Below, one piece after another: positions 1 through 13,800 of a stretch of DNA of 64,000 bases. The number at the start of each line of letters is the position of its first letter. The first letter of the stretch is position 1. Location of the stretch: positions 255,564,001-255,628,000 of the forward strand of contig OZ024740.1 in the NCBI GenBank assembly GCA_964016885.1. Direction: 5' to 3'. The translations under genes and the position numbers were made by a program. Source of the stretch: Eledone cirrhosa. Taxonomy: Eukaryota. The notes beneath the pieces are model-generated. The model was not told the DNA's origin, made no database searches, and was given only the letters and a program-made list of their open reading frames with translations.

Positions 1-37
1 TATGTTTAAATATATATGTATTCCTTCTGACTTTGTT

Positions 38-41
38 TATA

Positions 42-111
<70 letters not shown>
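38..111. repeat. Compound microsatellite (TA)n followed by (AAT)n
   Basis: Directly visible: TA run about 38-59, then AAT run about 59-111. It explains the poly-N/I/L ORFs at 2-302. Confidence 0.97.
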
Positions 112-113
<2 letters not shown>

Positions 114-713
114 TGTGGAGAGGAAGCACACGGGTTAGGATATATATATATGAAAATAGAGAGAAAGAGACGGTTGTTAGGAAGACAAATATATTTTTTT
201 CCTTTTTTATTAGGGAAATCATATCAAACCTCAGTCCACCATTTGCCTCCATCATGGAATCATGGATCAACTAAGCACTCTTGCTATATTAACACATTTT
301 GATCTGCTTAACTTCAAGAACTATGCCTGTAAATAACATTATTTTTCCTTTCACATTGACATTTTATGCTCTACATTACCTCCGTTTTTTTCTTTTTTCT
401 TTTTTCTTTTTATTTCATAAACCTTGTTAGTAAATAACATTATTCTTTCCGCACCATTTCTTTAACATGTGCGACACCACCATACTACACTAATATATAT
501 CACTATCATTTGATAATGCATAAAAATGCTGAAACCGGTAATAGACAATTATTAAATATATAAATAGATAAATAAATGCCATTGTTAATTAATAAATAAT
601 TCAACTAATACCTTAACACTTCACACAAAATGAAACATTTCGTTTTAATAATTTTCTAACCCAGAAAAAAGAAAGAAGGGAATAAAAAGGAAAAAAAAAT
701 TTTTCTTCCCTGT

Positions 714-717
<4 letters not shown>

Positions 718-747
<30 letters not shown>
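718..747. repeat. (TA)n microsatellite
   Basis: Directly visible run of TA dinucleotides. Confidence 0.95.
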
Positions 748-751
<4 letters not shown>

Positions 752-786
752 CAAAAATCGGAATTAAGAGTATTCCGCAGTTCACT

Positions 787-787
<1 letters not shown>

Positions 788-822
<35 letters not shown>
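788..822. repeat. (TAA)n microsatellite
   Basis: Directly visible run of TAA. Confidence 0.95.
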
Positions 823-1084
823 GTATTATTAGCTCAAAGAAGAATAGAGAATTTCCTTCCGAGCTCAAATGTAAGTATATATTACACAAAGAGAAATGTG
901 TTACACAGTGAGAAGTGTGTAAAGAATTATTACAAGTGATTTTACCGTTACTGTATAGGGAACAATATCTACAGGTCAGCAATTAAATAGAAAAAAAACC
1001 AGATCAGAATCAAATCTCTGGATTGGAATTTTAAATCACAATCCTTATAACTATATTTTGCTGATACGAACCTAGTTTTTCGTT

Positions 1085-1116
1085 TCACCACTTATATGTG
1101 TCACCACCTATATGTG
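1085..1116. repeat. 16-bp tandem duplication (2 copies, 1 mismatch)
   Basis: TCACCACTTATATGTG (1085-1100) followed by TCACCACCTATATGTG (1101-1116). Confidence 0.9.
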
Positions 1117-1524
1117 TAGTTTAACAGTCCACATGGATCATCAGTCAGCAAACACACACACCAAACATTAAACAGACACGCAAACCCATGCGCAGAGACA
1201 GAGACAAGAATAAATAAAAAAATAAATTAAATAAAAATGGCGTAAACTTTACAATACAATGGGAGGAAACATAATAGTATCATTGATGATGTCGCAGATG
1301 TGTGACGAAAGAACTTTGATAGACTGTATATATATATATTTATATCTGTATTTTTAACCGTTGGACAATCAAAGATAAACATTGATTGTCAAATAAATTA
1401 ACTATGGAGATATAAAAGATACAGAAGCGAAAACCAGCCCAAACCGAACAGTGAGTGTGTTCTGTTGTTATTTCTGGCAATATTATAACAATATGACCCT
1501 CCCCAAGTATAATATATATATATA

Positions 1525-1576
1525 TAACTTGACTTTGTTGTTTTTTATTTTCATTGTGAATTTAATACCCAATACA

Positions 1577-1646
<70 letters not shown>

Positions 1647-1706
1647 CACATATATGTATTGGGTATTAAATTCACAATGAAAATAAAAAACAACAAAGTC
1701 AAGTTA
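1525..1706. repeat. Long inverted repeat: 63-bp perfect arms around a (TA)n spacer
   Basis: 1525-1587 TAACTTGACTTTGTTGTTTTTTATTTTCATTGTGAATTTAATACCCAATACATATATGTGTAT is the reverse complement of 1644-1706. The spacer is mostly (TA)n. Confidence 0.95.
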
Positions 1707-1759
1707 CTTTAATTATTTATATCTTTGTTTTACGATCCTTTCGGAGGGTTGATCATAAT

Positions 1760-1942
1760 TGTTTCTACGTTAGGCACAAGGCCAGCAATTAACCAGTGCA
1801 TTACTGGTACTTTATTTTTATCGACCCCGTAAGGATGAAAGGCAAAGTTAACCTCAGCGGTATTTGAACTCAGAATGGCAAGGGCCGTAACTCTATACGT
1901 CAAAGCATGGCGTCCGACCCTCTCCCAATACTGCCAATCCAT
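1760..1942 (-). mobile_element. tRNA-derived SINE, copy 1 (Meta/MESC-like core, octopus-type), internally deleted relative to copy 2
   Basis: Minus strand shows an A-box-like TGGCAGTATTGG (1936-1925), a B-box GTTCAAATAC (1869-1860), then the core GCCTTTCATCCTTACGGGGTCGATAAAAATAAAGTACCAG. It aligns by eye to 2482-2698. Family assignment is from recall, not from a search. Confidence 0.8.
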
Positions 1943-2056
1943 GATCATAATGACATATTTTCTGATCTATAGCAGTTATATAACTGTATACTATCAGACC
2001 TCATATATAGGTTCGATCGGACCGTCTTCTTCGGAAACAAATATAGATTCGTATAT

Positions 2057-2060
<4 letters not shown>

Positions 2061-2124
<64 letters not shown>
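2061..2124. repeat. (AC)n microsatellite with short (AT)n tail
   Basis: Directly visible. It explains the THTHTH run in ORF 1875-2144. Confidence 0.97.
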
Positions 2125-2286
2125 TTTTTTTAATATTGCACTAAATTCTGTTTTCCGTAAAAACATACAAGAGATACAGGAATTACATTAACTAACCTCC
2201 CCCAATACACTCTGTTTTTCTTTTTTGTCTATTCCTCTTTGACACTCAGTTAACAGTTGGTGAATTGTTACACTTCTATATTCTTG

Positions 2287-2309
2287 CGTTCGGAGTTCAA
2301 ATACTGCTG
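2287..2309 (+). mobile_element. Short SINE head fragment (B-box region)
   Basis: GCGTTCGGAGTTCAAATACTGCTG resembles the SINE head read on the minus strand of copy 1 (ATTCTGAGTTCAAATACCGCTG). The match is short. Confidence 0.45.
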
Positions 2310-2481
2310 TTAATAACACGGATGTTGTTCTTATATTGTTTTAGCGCTATTGAGATGACTTTGTCTTTCTTGTCTCTTTAACTAATCTCGAAAACCCTCC
2401 ACATTTTTATAGACTCTGCCTTTCTTCCGAACCAAACGGCAAGAACACACAATATTGTTGGTGTTTTCGTGTCACAATAAT

Positions 2482-2698
2482 AGTTTCTAATTTAGACACG
2501 AGACAAACAATTTAAGGAAGGGAAATACATTGACCTCATCGACCACAAAACATTACTGGTACTTTATTTATTTGACACCGGAAGGTTGAAAAGCAAAGCT
2601 AACCTCGGTGGGATTTGAACGCAGAACGTAAAGGATCGTAACTATATGCCACAAAGCATGTTGTCTAGCGCTCAACCAATAACGCCAATCTACCACCC
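2482..2698 (-). mobile_element. tRNA-derived SINE, copy 2 (same family, diverged)
   Basis: Minus strand A-box-like TGGCGTTATTGG (2687-2676) and B-box GTTCAAATCC (2620-2611). It shares CATTACTGGTACTTTATTT, GCAAAG.TAACCTC and CAAAGCATG with copy 1. Confidence 0.8.
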
Positions 2699-2764
2699 CA
2701 TCATACTATTATAATAGCACCTCACTGTCATTATACTTCACTATTTTTCATTCGTTCATACAGC

Positions 2765-2940
2765 CCACTCTCGCCCCCCTCCCCCACTCTCTCACTCTCT
2801 CTTCCCCTCTCTCACTCTCTATCCCCGTCTCTCACCCTCTCTCCCTCTCTTTCGCTCTCTCTTCTCTCTCTCCCTCTCCCCCCCCTCTCCCATCTCCCTC
2901 ACCCCCCTCTCTCTCACTCTCCCCCGTCTTTCACTCTTCC
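2765..2940. repeat. Polypyrimidine (CT-rich) low-complexity tract; purine/G-rich on the minus strand
   Basis: About 175 bp of nearly pure C/T with recurring CTCTCACTCT motifs and C runs of 5-8. Confidence 0.92.
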
Positions 2941-4899
2941 GTCACGTATCTTTATATCTATCTAACAATCTATCTCTCCATTCATATACGGATACAGGCA
3001 TCCTTTCACACATGTCATAGACATACATTAACACATGTACATAGAGATACATTAACACATGGACGTAGACATACATTAACACATAGACATAGATATACAT
3101 TAACACATGTACATAGATATACATTAACACATAGACATAGATATACATTAACACATGTACATAGATATACATTAACAGATGGACATAGATATGCATTAAC
3201 ACATGGACATAGACATACATTAACACATGTACATAGAGATACATTAACACATGGACATAGATAGACATTAACACATGTACATAGACATACATTAACACAT
3301 GGACATAGACATACATTAACACATGGACATAGACATACTTTAACACATGTACATAGACATACATTAACACATGGACATAGACATACATTAACACATGGAC
3401 ACATACATACATTAACACATGGACACAGACATACATTAACACATGTACATAGACATACGTTAACACATGGACATAGACATACATTAACACATGTACATAG
3501 ACATACATTAACACATGGACACAGACATACATTAACACATGGACATTGACATACATTAACACATGGACATAGATATATATTAACACATGGACATACATAT
3601 ACATTAACACATGGACAAAGACATACATTAACACATGGACACAGACATACATTAACACATGGACATAGACATACATTAACACATGGGCATAGACATACAT
3701 TAACACATGGACACAGACATACATTAACACATGGACTCAGACATACATTAACACATGGACATAGACATACATTAACACATGGACATAGACATACATTAAC
3801 ACATGGACATAGACATACATTAACACATGGACACAGACATACATTAACACATGGACATAGACACACATTAACACATGGACATAGATATACATTAACACAT
3901 GGACACAGACATACATTAACACATGGACATAGATATACATTAACACATGTACATAGACATACATTAACACATGGACATAGACATACATTAACACATGGAC
4001 ATAGACATACATTAACACATGGACACAGACATACATTAACAGATGGGCATAGACATACATTAACACATGTACATAGACATACATTAACACATGGACATAG
4101 AGATAGATTAACACATGGACATAGACATACATTAACACATGGAAACAGACATACATTAACACATGGACATAGACATACATTAACACATGTACATAGAGAT
4201 ACATTAACACATGGACATAGACATACATTAACACATGTACATAGACATACATTAACACATGCACATAGACATACATTAACACATGTACATAGACATACAT
4301 TAACACATGCACATAGACATACATTAACACATGTACATAGATATACATTAACACATGGACATAGACATACATTAACACATGGACATAGACATACATTAAC
4401 ACATGGACATAGACATACATTAACACATGGACACAGACATACATTAACAGATGGGTATAGACATACATTAACACATGTACATAGACATACATTAACGCAT
4501 AGACATAGAGATACATTAACACATGGACATAGAGATACATTAACACATGGTCATAGACATACATTAACACATGGAAACAGACATACATTAACACATGGAC
4601 ATAGACATAAATTAACACATGTACATAGAGATACATTAACACATGGACATAGACATACATTAACACATGTACATAGACATACATTAACACATGCACATAG
4701 ACATACATTAACACATGTACATAGACATACATTAACACATGCACATAGACATACATTAACACATGTACACAGATATACATTAACACATGGACATAGACAT
4801 ACATTAACACATGGACATAGACATACATTAACACATGGACATAGAGATACATTAACACATGTACATAGACATACATTAACACATGGACACAGACATACA

Positions 4900-7800
4900 T
4901 TAACACACGGACATAGAGATACATTAACACACGGACATGGACATACATTAACACATGTACATAGATATACATTAACACATGGACATAGACATACATTAAC
5001 ACATGGACATACATATACATTAACACATGGACGTAGACATACATTAACAAACGGACATAGAGATACATTAACACATGGACATAGATATGCATTAACACAT
5101 GGACATAGACATATATTAACACATGGACATAGAGATACATTAACACATGGACATAGACATACATTAACACATGGACACAGACATACATTAACACATGGAC
5201 ACAGACATACATTAACACATGGACATAGACATACATTAACGCATAGACATAGAGATACATTAACACATGGACATAGAGATACATTAACACATGGACATAG
5301 AGATACATTAACACATGGACATAGACATACATTAACACATGAACACAGACATACATTAACACATGGACACAGACATACATTAACACATGGACATAGACAT
5401 ACATTAACACATGGTCACAGACATACATTAACACATGGACACAGACATACATTAACACATGGACATAGACATACATTAACACATGGACATAGACATACAT
5501 TAACACATGTACATAGACATACATTAACACATGTACATAGAGATACATTAACACGTGGACATAGACATACATTAACACATGTACATAGATATACATTAAC
5601 ACATGTACATAGACATACATTAACACATGGACACAGACATACATTAACACATGGAAACAGACATACATTAACACATGTACATAGACATACATTAACACAT
5701 GGATATAGACATACATTAACAAATGTACATATACATACATTAACATATGGACACAGTCATACATTAACACATGGGCATAGACATACATTAACACATGTAC
5801 ATAGACATACATTAACGCATAGACATAGAGATACATTAAGACATGGACATAGAGATACGTTAACACATGGACATAGACAGACATTAACACATGGAAACAG
5901 ACATACATTAACACATGGACATAGACATACATTAACACATGTACATAGAGATACATTAACACATGGACATAGACATACATTAACACATGTACATAGACAT
6001 ACATTAACACATGGACCTAGACATACATTAACACATGTACATAGACATACATTAACACATGCACATAGACATACATTAACACATGTACAAAAATATACAT
6101 TAACACATGGACATAGACATACATTAACACATGGACATAGACATACATTAACACATGGACATAGAGATACATTAACACATGGACATAGACATACATTAAC
6201 ACACGGACATGGACGTACATTAACACATGCACATAGACATACAGTAACACATGGACATACATATACATTAACACATGGACATAGACATACATTAACACAC
6301 GGACATAGAGATACATTAACACATGTACATAGATATACATTAACACATGTACATAGATATACATTAACACATTTACATAGACGTAAATTAACACATGTAC
6401 ATAGACATACATTAACACATGGACACAGACATACATTAACACATGGACATAGACATACATTAACACATGGACACAGACATACATTAACACATGGACATAG
6501 ACACACATTAACACATGGACATAGATATACATTAACACATGGACATAGAGATACATTAACACATGGACATAGACATACATTAACACATGTACATAGATAT
6601 ACATTAACACATGGACATAGACATACATTAACACATGGACATACATATACATTAACACATGGACATAGACATACATTAACAAACGGACATAGAGATACAT
6701 TAACACATGGACATAGATATACATTAACACATGGACATAGACATACATTAACACATGGACACAGACATACATTAACACATGGACACAGACATACATTAAC
6801 ACATGGACATAGACATACATTAACACATGGACATAGACATACGTTAACACATGTACATAGACATACATTAACACATGTACATAGACATACATTAACACGT
6901 GGACATAGACATACATTAACACATGTACATAGATATACATTAACACATGTACATAGACATACATTAACACATTCACATAGACATAAATTAACACGTGTAC
7001 ATAGACATACATTAACACATGGACACAGACATACATTAACACATGGACAGAGACATACATTAACACATGTACATAGACATACATTAACACATGGATATAG
7101 ACATACATTAACACATGGACATAGAGATACATTAACACATGGACATAGACATACATTAACACATGTACATAGATATACATTAACACATGGACATAGACAT
7201 ACATTAACACATGGACATACATATACATTAACACATGGACATAGACATACATTAACAAACGGACATAGAGATACATTAACACATGGACATAGATATACAT
7301 TAACACATGGACATATACATACATTAACACATGGACATAGACATACATTAACAGATGGACACAGACATACATTAACACATGGACATAGACATACATTAAC
7401 ACATGGACATAGACATACGTTAACACATGTACATATACATACATTAACACATGTACATAGACATACATTAACACGTGGACATAGACATACATTAACACAT
7501 GTACATAGATATACATTAACACATGTACATAGACATACATTAACACATTCACATAGACATAAATTAACACGTGTACATAGACATACATTAACACATGGTC
7601 ACAGACATACATTAACACATGGACAGAGACATACATTAACACATGTACATAGACATACATTAACACATGGATATAGACATACATTAACAGATGTACATAG
7701 ACATATATTAACACATGGACACAGTCATACATTAACACATGGACATTGACATACATTAACACATGGACATAGATATACATTAACACATGGACATACATAT

Positions 7801-10800
7801 TCATTAAGACATGGACATAGACATACGTTAACCCATGGACATAGAAAACATTAACACTTGGACATAGACATATATTAACACATGGTCACAGACATACATT
7901 AACACATGGACACAGACATACATTAACACATGGACATAGACATACATTAACACATGGACATAGACATACATTAACACATGTACATAGACATACATTAACA
8001 CATGTACATAGACATGAATTAACACATGTACATAGACATACATTAACACATGGACACAGACATACATTAACACATGGACATTGACATACATTAACACATG
8101 GACATAGATATACATTAACACATGGACATACATATACATTAACACATGGACATAGACATACATTAACACATGGACACAGACTTTGATTAACACATGGACA
8201 TAGACATACATTAACACATGGACATAGACATACATTAACACATGGACACAGACATACATTAACACATGAACATAGACATACATTAACACATGGACATAGA
8301 CATACATTAACACATGTACATAGACATACATTAACACATGGACATAGACACACATTAACACATGTACATAGACATACATTAACACATGTACACAGACATA
8401 CATTAACACATGCACATAGACACACATTAACACATGGACATAGATATACATTAACACATGGACACAGACATACATTAAAACATGGACATATATATACATT
8501 AACACATGTACATAGACATACATTAACACATGGACATAGACATATATTAACACATGGACATAGACATACATTAACACATGGACATAGACATACATTAACA
8601 GATGGACACAGACATACATTAACACATGGACACAGACATACATTAACACATGGACATAGACATACATTAACACATGGACATAGACATATATTAACACATG
8701 GACATAGACATACATTAACACATGGACACAGACATACATTAACACATGGACAGAGATATACATTAATACATGGACATAGACATACATTAACACATGTACA
8801 TAGACATACATTAACACATGTACATAGAGATACATTAACACGTGGACATAGTCATACATTAACACATGTACATAGACATAAATTAACACATGTACATAGA
8901 CATACATTAACACATGGACACATACATACATTAACACATGGACACAGACATACATTAACACATGTACATAGACATACATTAACACATGGACATAGACATA
9001 CATTAACAGATGTACATAGACATACATTAACACATGGACACAGTCATACATTAACACACGGATATAGAGATATATTAACACATGTACATAGATATACATT
9101 AACACATGTACATAGATATACATTAACACATGTACATAGACGTAAATTAACACGTGTACATAGACATACATTAACACATAGACATAGACATACATTACCA
9201 CATGTACATAGACATACATTAACACATGGACACATACATACATTAACACATGGACATAGATATACATTAACACATGGACATAGAGATACATTAACACATG
9301 GACATAGACATACATTAACACATGTACATAGATATACATTAACACATGGACATAGACATACATTAACACATGGACATACATATACATTAACACATGAACA
9401 TAGACATACATTAACAAACGGACATAGAGATACATTAACACATGGACATAGATATACATTAACACATGGACATAGACATAGATTAACACATGGACATAGA
9501 CATACATTAACACTTGGACATATACATACATTAACACATGGACACAGACATACATTAACACATGGACACAGACATACATTAACACATGGACATAGAAATA
9601 CATTAACACATGGACATAGACATACATTAACACATGTACATAGACATACATTAACACATGTACATAGAGATACATTAACACGTGGACATAGACATACATT
9701 AACACATGCACATAGATATACATTAAAACATGTACATAGACATACATTAACACATTCACATAGACATAAATTAACACATGGATATAGACATACATTAACA
9801 CATGGACATTGACATACATTAACACATGGACATAGATATACATTAACACATGGACATACATATACATTAACACATGGACATAGACATACATTAACACATG
9901 GACACAGACATACATTAACACATGCACACAGACATACATTAACAAATGGACATAGACATACATTAACACATGTACATAGACATACATTAACACATGGAAA
10001 TAGACATACATTAACACATGGACATAGACATAAATTAACACATGAACATAGACATACATTAACACATGGACATAGACATACATTAACACATGTACATAGA
10101 CATACATTAACACATGTACATAGAGATACATTAACACATGGACATAGACATACATTAACACATGTACATAGACACACATTAACACATGGACATAGATATA
10201 AATTAACACATGGACACAGACATACATTAAAACATGGACATAGATATACATTAACACTTGTACATAGTCATACATTAACACATGGACATAGATATATATT
10301 AACACATGGACATAGACATACATTAACACATGGACATAGACATACATTAACACATGGACACAGACATACATTAACACATGGACACAGACATACATTAACC
10401 CATGGACATAGACATACATTATCACATGGACATAGACATACATTAACACATGGACATAGACATAGATTAACACATGGACACAGACATACATTAACACATG
10501 GACATAGATATACGTTAACACATGGACATAGACATACATTATAACATGTACATAGACATACATTAACACATGTACATAGAGATACATTAACACATGGACA
10601 TAGACATACATTAACACATGTACATAGATATACATTAACACATGTACATAGACATATATTAACACATGTACATAGACATAAATTAACACACGGACATAGA
10701 GATACATTAACACACGGACATGGACATACATTAACACATGTACATAGATATACATTAACACATGGACATAGACATACATTAACACATGGACATACATATA

Positions 10801-13800
10801 CATTAACACATGGACGTAGACATACATTAACAAACGGACATAGAGATACATTAACACATGGACATAGATATGCATTAACACATGGACATAGACATATATT
10901 AACACATGGACATAGAGATACATTAACACATGGACATAGACATACATTAACACATGGACACAGACATACATTAACACATGGACACAGACATACATTAACA
11001 CATGGACATAGACATACATTAACGCATAGACATAGAGATACATTAACACATGGACATAGAGATACATTAACACATGGACATAGAGATACATTAACACATG
11101 GACATAGACATACATTAACACATGAACACAGACATACATTAACACATGCACACAGACATACATTAACACATGGACATAGACATACATTAACACATGGTCA
11201 CAGACATACATTAACACATGGACACAGACATACATTAACACATGGACATAGACATACATTAACACATGGACATAGACATACATTAACACATGTACATAGA
11301 CATACATTAACACATGTACATAGAGATACATTAACACGTGGACATAGACATACATTAACACATGTACATAGATATACATTAACACATGTACATAGACATA
11401 CATTAACACATGGACACAGACATACATTAACACATGGAAACAGACATACATTAACACATGTACATAGACATACATTAACACATGGATATAGACATACATT
11501 AACAAATGTACATATACATACATTAACATATGGACACAGTCATACATTAACACATGGGCATAGACATACATTAACACATGTACATAGACATACATTAACG
11601 CATAGACATAGAGATACATTAAGACATGGACATAGAGATACGTTAACACATGGACATAGACAGACATTAACACATGGAAACAGACATACATTAACACATG
11701 GACATAGACATACATTAACACATGTACATAGAGATACATTAACACATGGACATAGACATACATTAACACATGTACATAGACATACATTAACACATGGACC
11801 TAGACATACATTAACACATGTACATAGACATACATTAACACATGCACATAGACATACATTAACACATGTACAAAAATATACATTAACACATGGACATAGA
11901 CATACATTAACACATGGACATAGACATACATTAACACATGGACATAGAGATACATTAACACATGGACATAGACATACATTAACACACGGACATGGACGTA
12001 CATTAACACATGCACATAGACATACAGTAACACATGGACATACATATACATTAACACATGGACATAGACATACATTAACACACGGACATAGAGATACATT
12101 AACACATGTACATAGATATACATTAACACATGTACATAGATATACATTAACACATTTACATAGACGTAAATTAACACATGTACATAGACATACATTAACA
12201 CATGGACACAGACATACATTAACACATGGACATAGACATACATTAACACATGGACACAGACATACATTAACACATGGACATAGACACACATTAACACATG
12301 GACATAGATATACATTAACACATGGACATAGAGATACATTAACACATGGACATAGACATACATTAACACATGTACATAGATATACATTAACACATGGACA
12401 TAGACATACATTAACACATGGACATACATATACATTAACACATGGACATAGACATACATTAACAAACGGACATAGAGATACATTAACACATGGACATAGA
12501 TATACATTAACACATGGACATAGACATACATTAACACATGGACACAGACATACATTAACACATGGACACAGACATACATTAACACATGGACATAGACATA
12601 CATTAACACATGGACATAGACATACGTTAACACATGTACATAGACATACATTAACACATGTACATAGACATACATTAACACGTGGACATAGACATACATT
12701 AACACATGTACATAGATATACATTAACACATGTACATAGACATACATTAACACATTCACATAGACATAAATTAACACGTGTACATAGACATACATTAACA
12801 CATGGACACAGACATACATTAACACATGGACAGAGACATACATTAACACATGTACATAGACATACATTAACACATGGATATAGACATACATTAACACATG
12901 GACATAGAGATACATTAACACATGGACATAGACATACATTAACACATGTACATAGATATACATTAACACATGGACATAGACATACATTAACACATGGACA
13001 TACATATACATTAACACATGGACATAGACATACATTAACAAACGGACATAGAGATACATTAACACATGGACATAGATATACATTAACACATGGACATATA
13101 CATACATTAACACATGGACATAGACATACATTAACAGATGGACACAGACATACATTAACACATGGACATAGACATACATTAACACATGGACATAGACATA
13201 CGTTAACACATGTACATATACATACATTAACACATGTACATAGACATACATTAACACGTGGACATAGACATACATTAACACATGTACATAGATATACATT
13301 AACACATGTACATAGACATACATTAACACATTCACATAGACATAAATTAACACGTGTACATAGACATACATTAACACATGGTCACAGACATACATTAACA
13401 CATGGACAGAGACATACATTAACACATGTACATAGACATACATTAACACATGGATATAGACATACATTAACAGATGTACATAGACATATATTAACACATG
13501 GACACAGTCATACATTAACACATGGACATTGACATACATTAACACATGGACATAGATATACATTAACACATGGACATACATATTCATTAAGACATGGACA
13601 TAGACATACGTTAACCCATGGACATAGAAAACATTAACACTTGGACATAGACATATATTAACACATGGTCACAGACATACATTAACACATGGACACAGAC
13701 ATACATTAACACATGGACATAGACATACATTAACACATGGACATAGACATACATTAACACATGTACATAGACATACATTAACACATGTACATAGACATGA

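Noticed and set aside
132-215. Telomeric TTAGGG-like motifs (GGGTTAGG, TTAGGG)
   Set aside because: They are isolated single occurrences, not tandem, and expected by chance.
2-2144. Short ORFs in the unique flank
   Set aside because: They are driven by microsatellites or SINE sequence, with no recognisable protein features or convincing exon structure.
2611-2690. tRNA gene
   Set aside because: A/B-box-like motifs are present but belong to a degenerate SINE head, and I cannot fold a cloverleaf.
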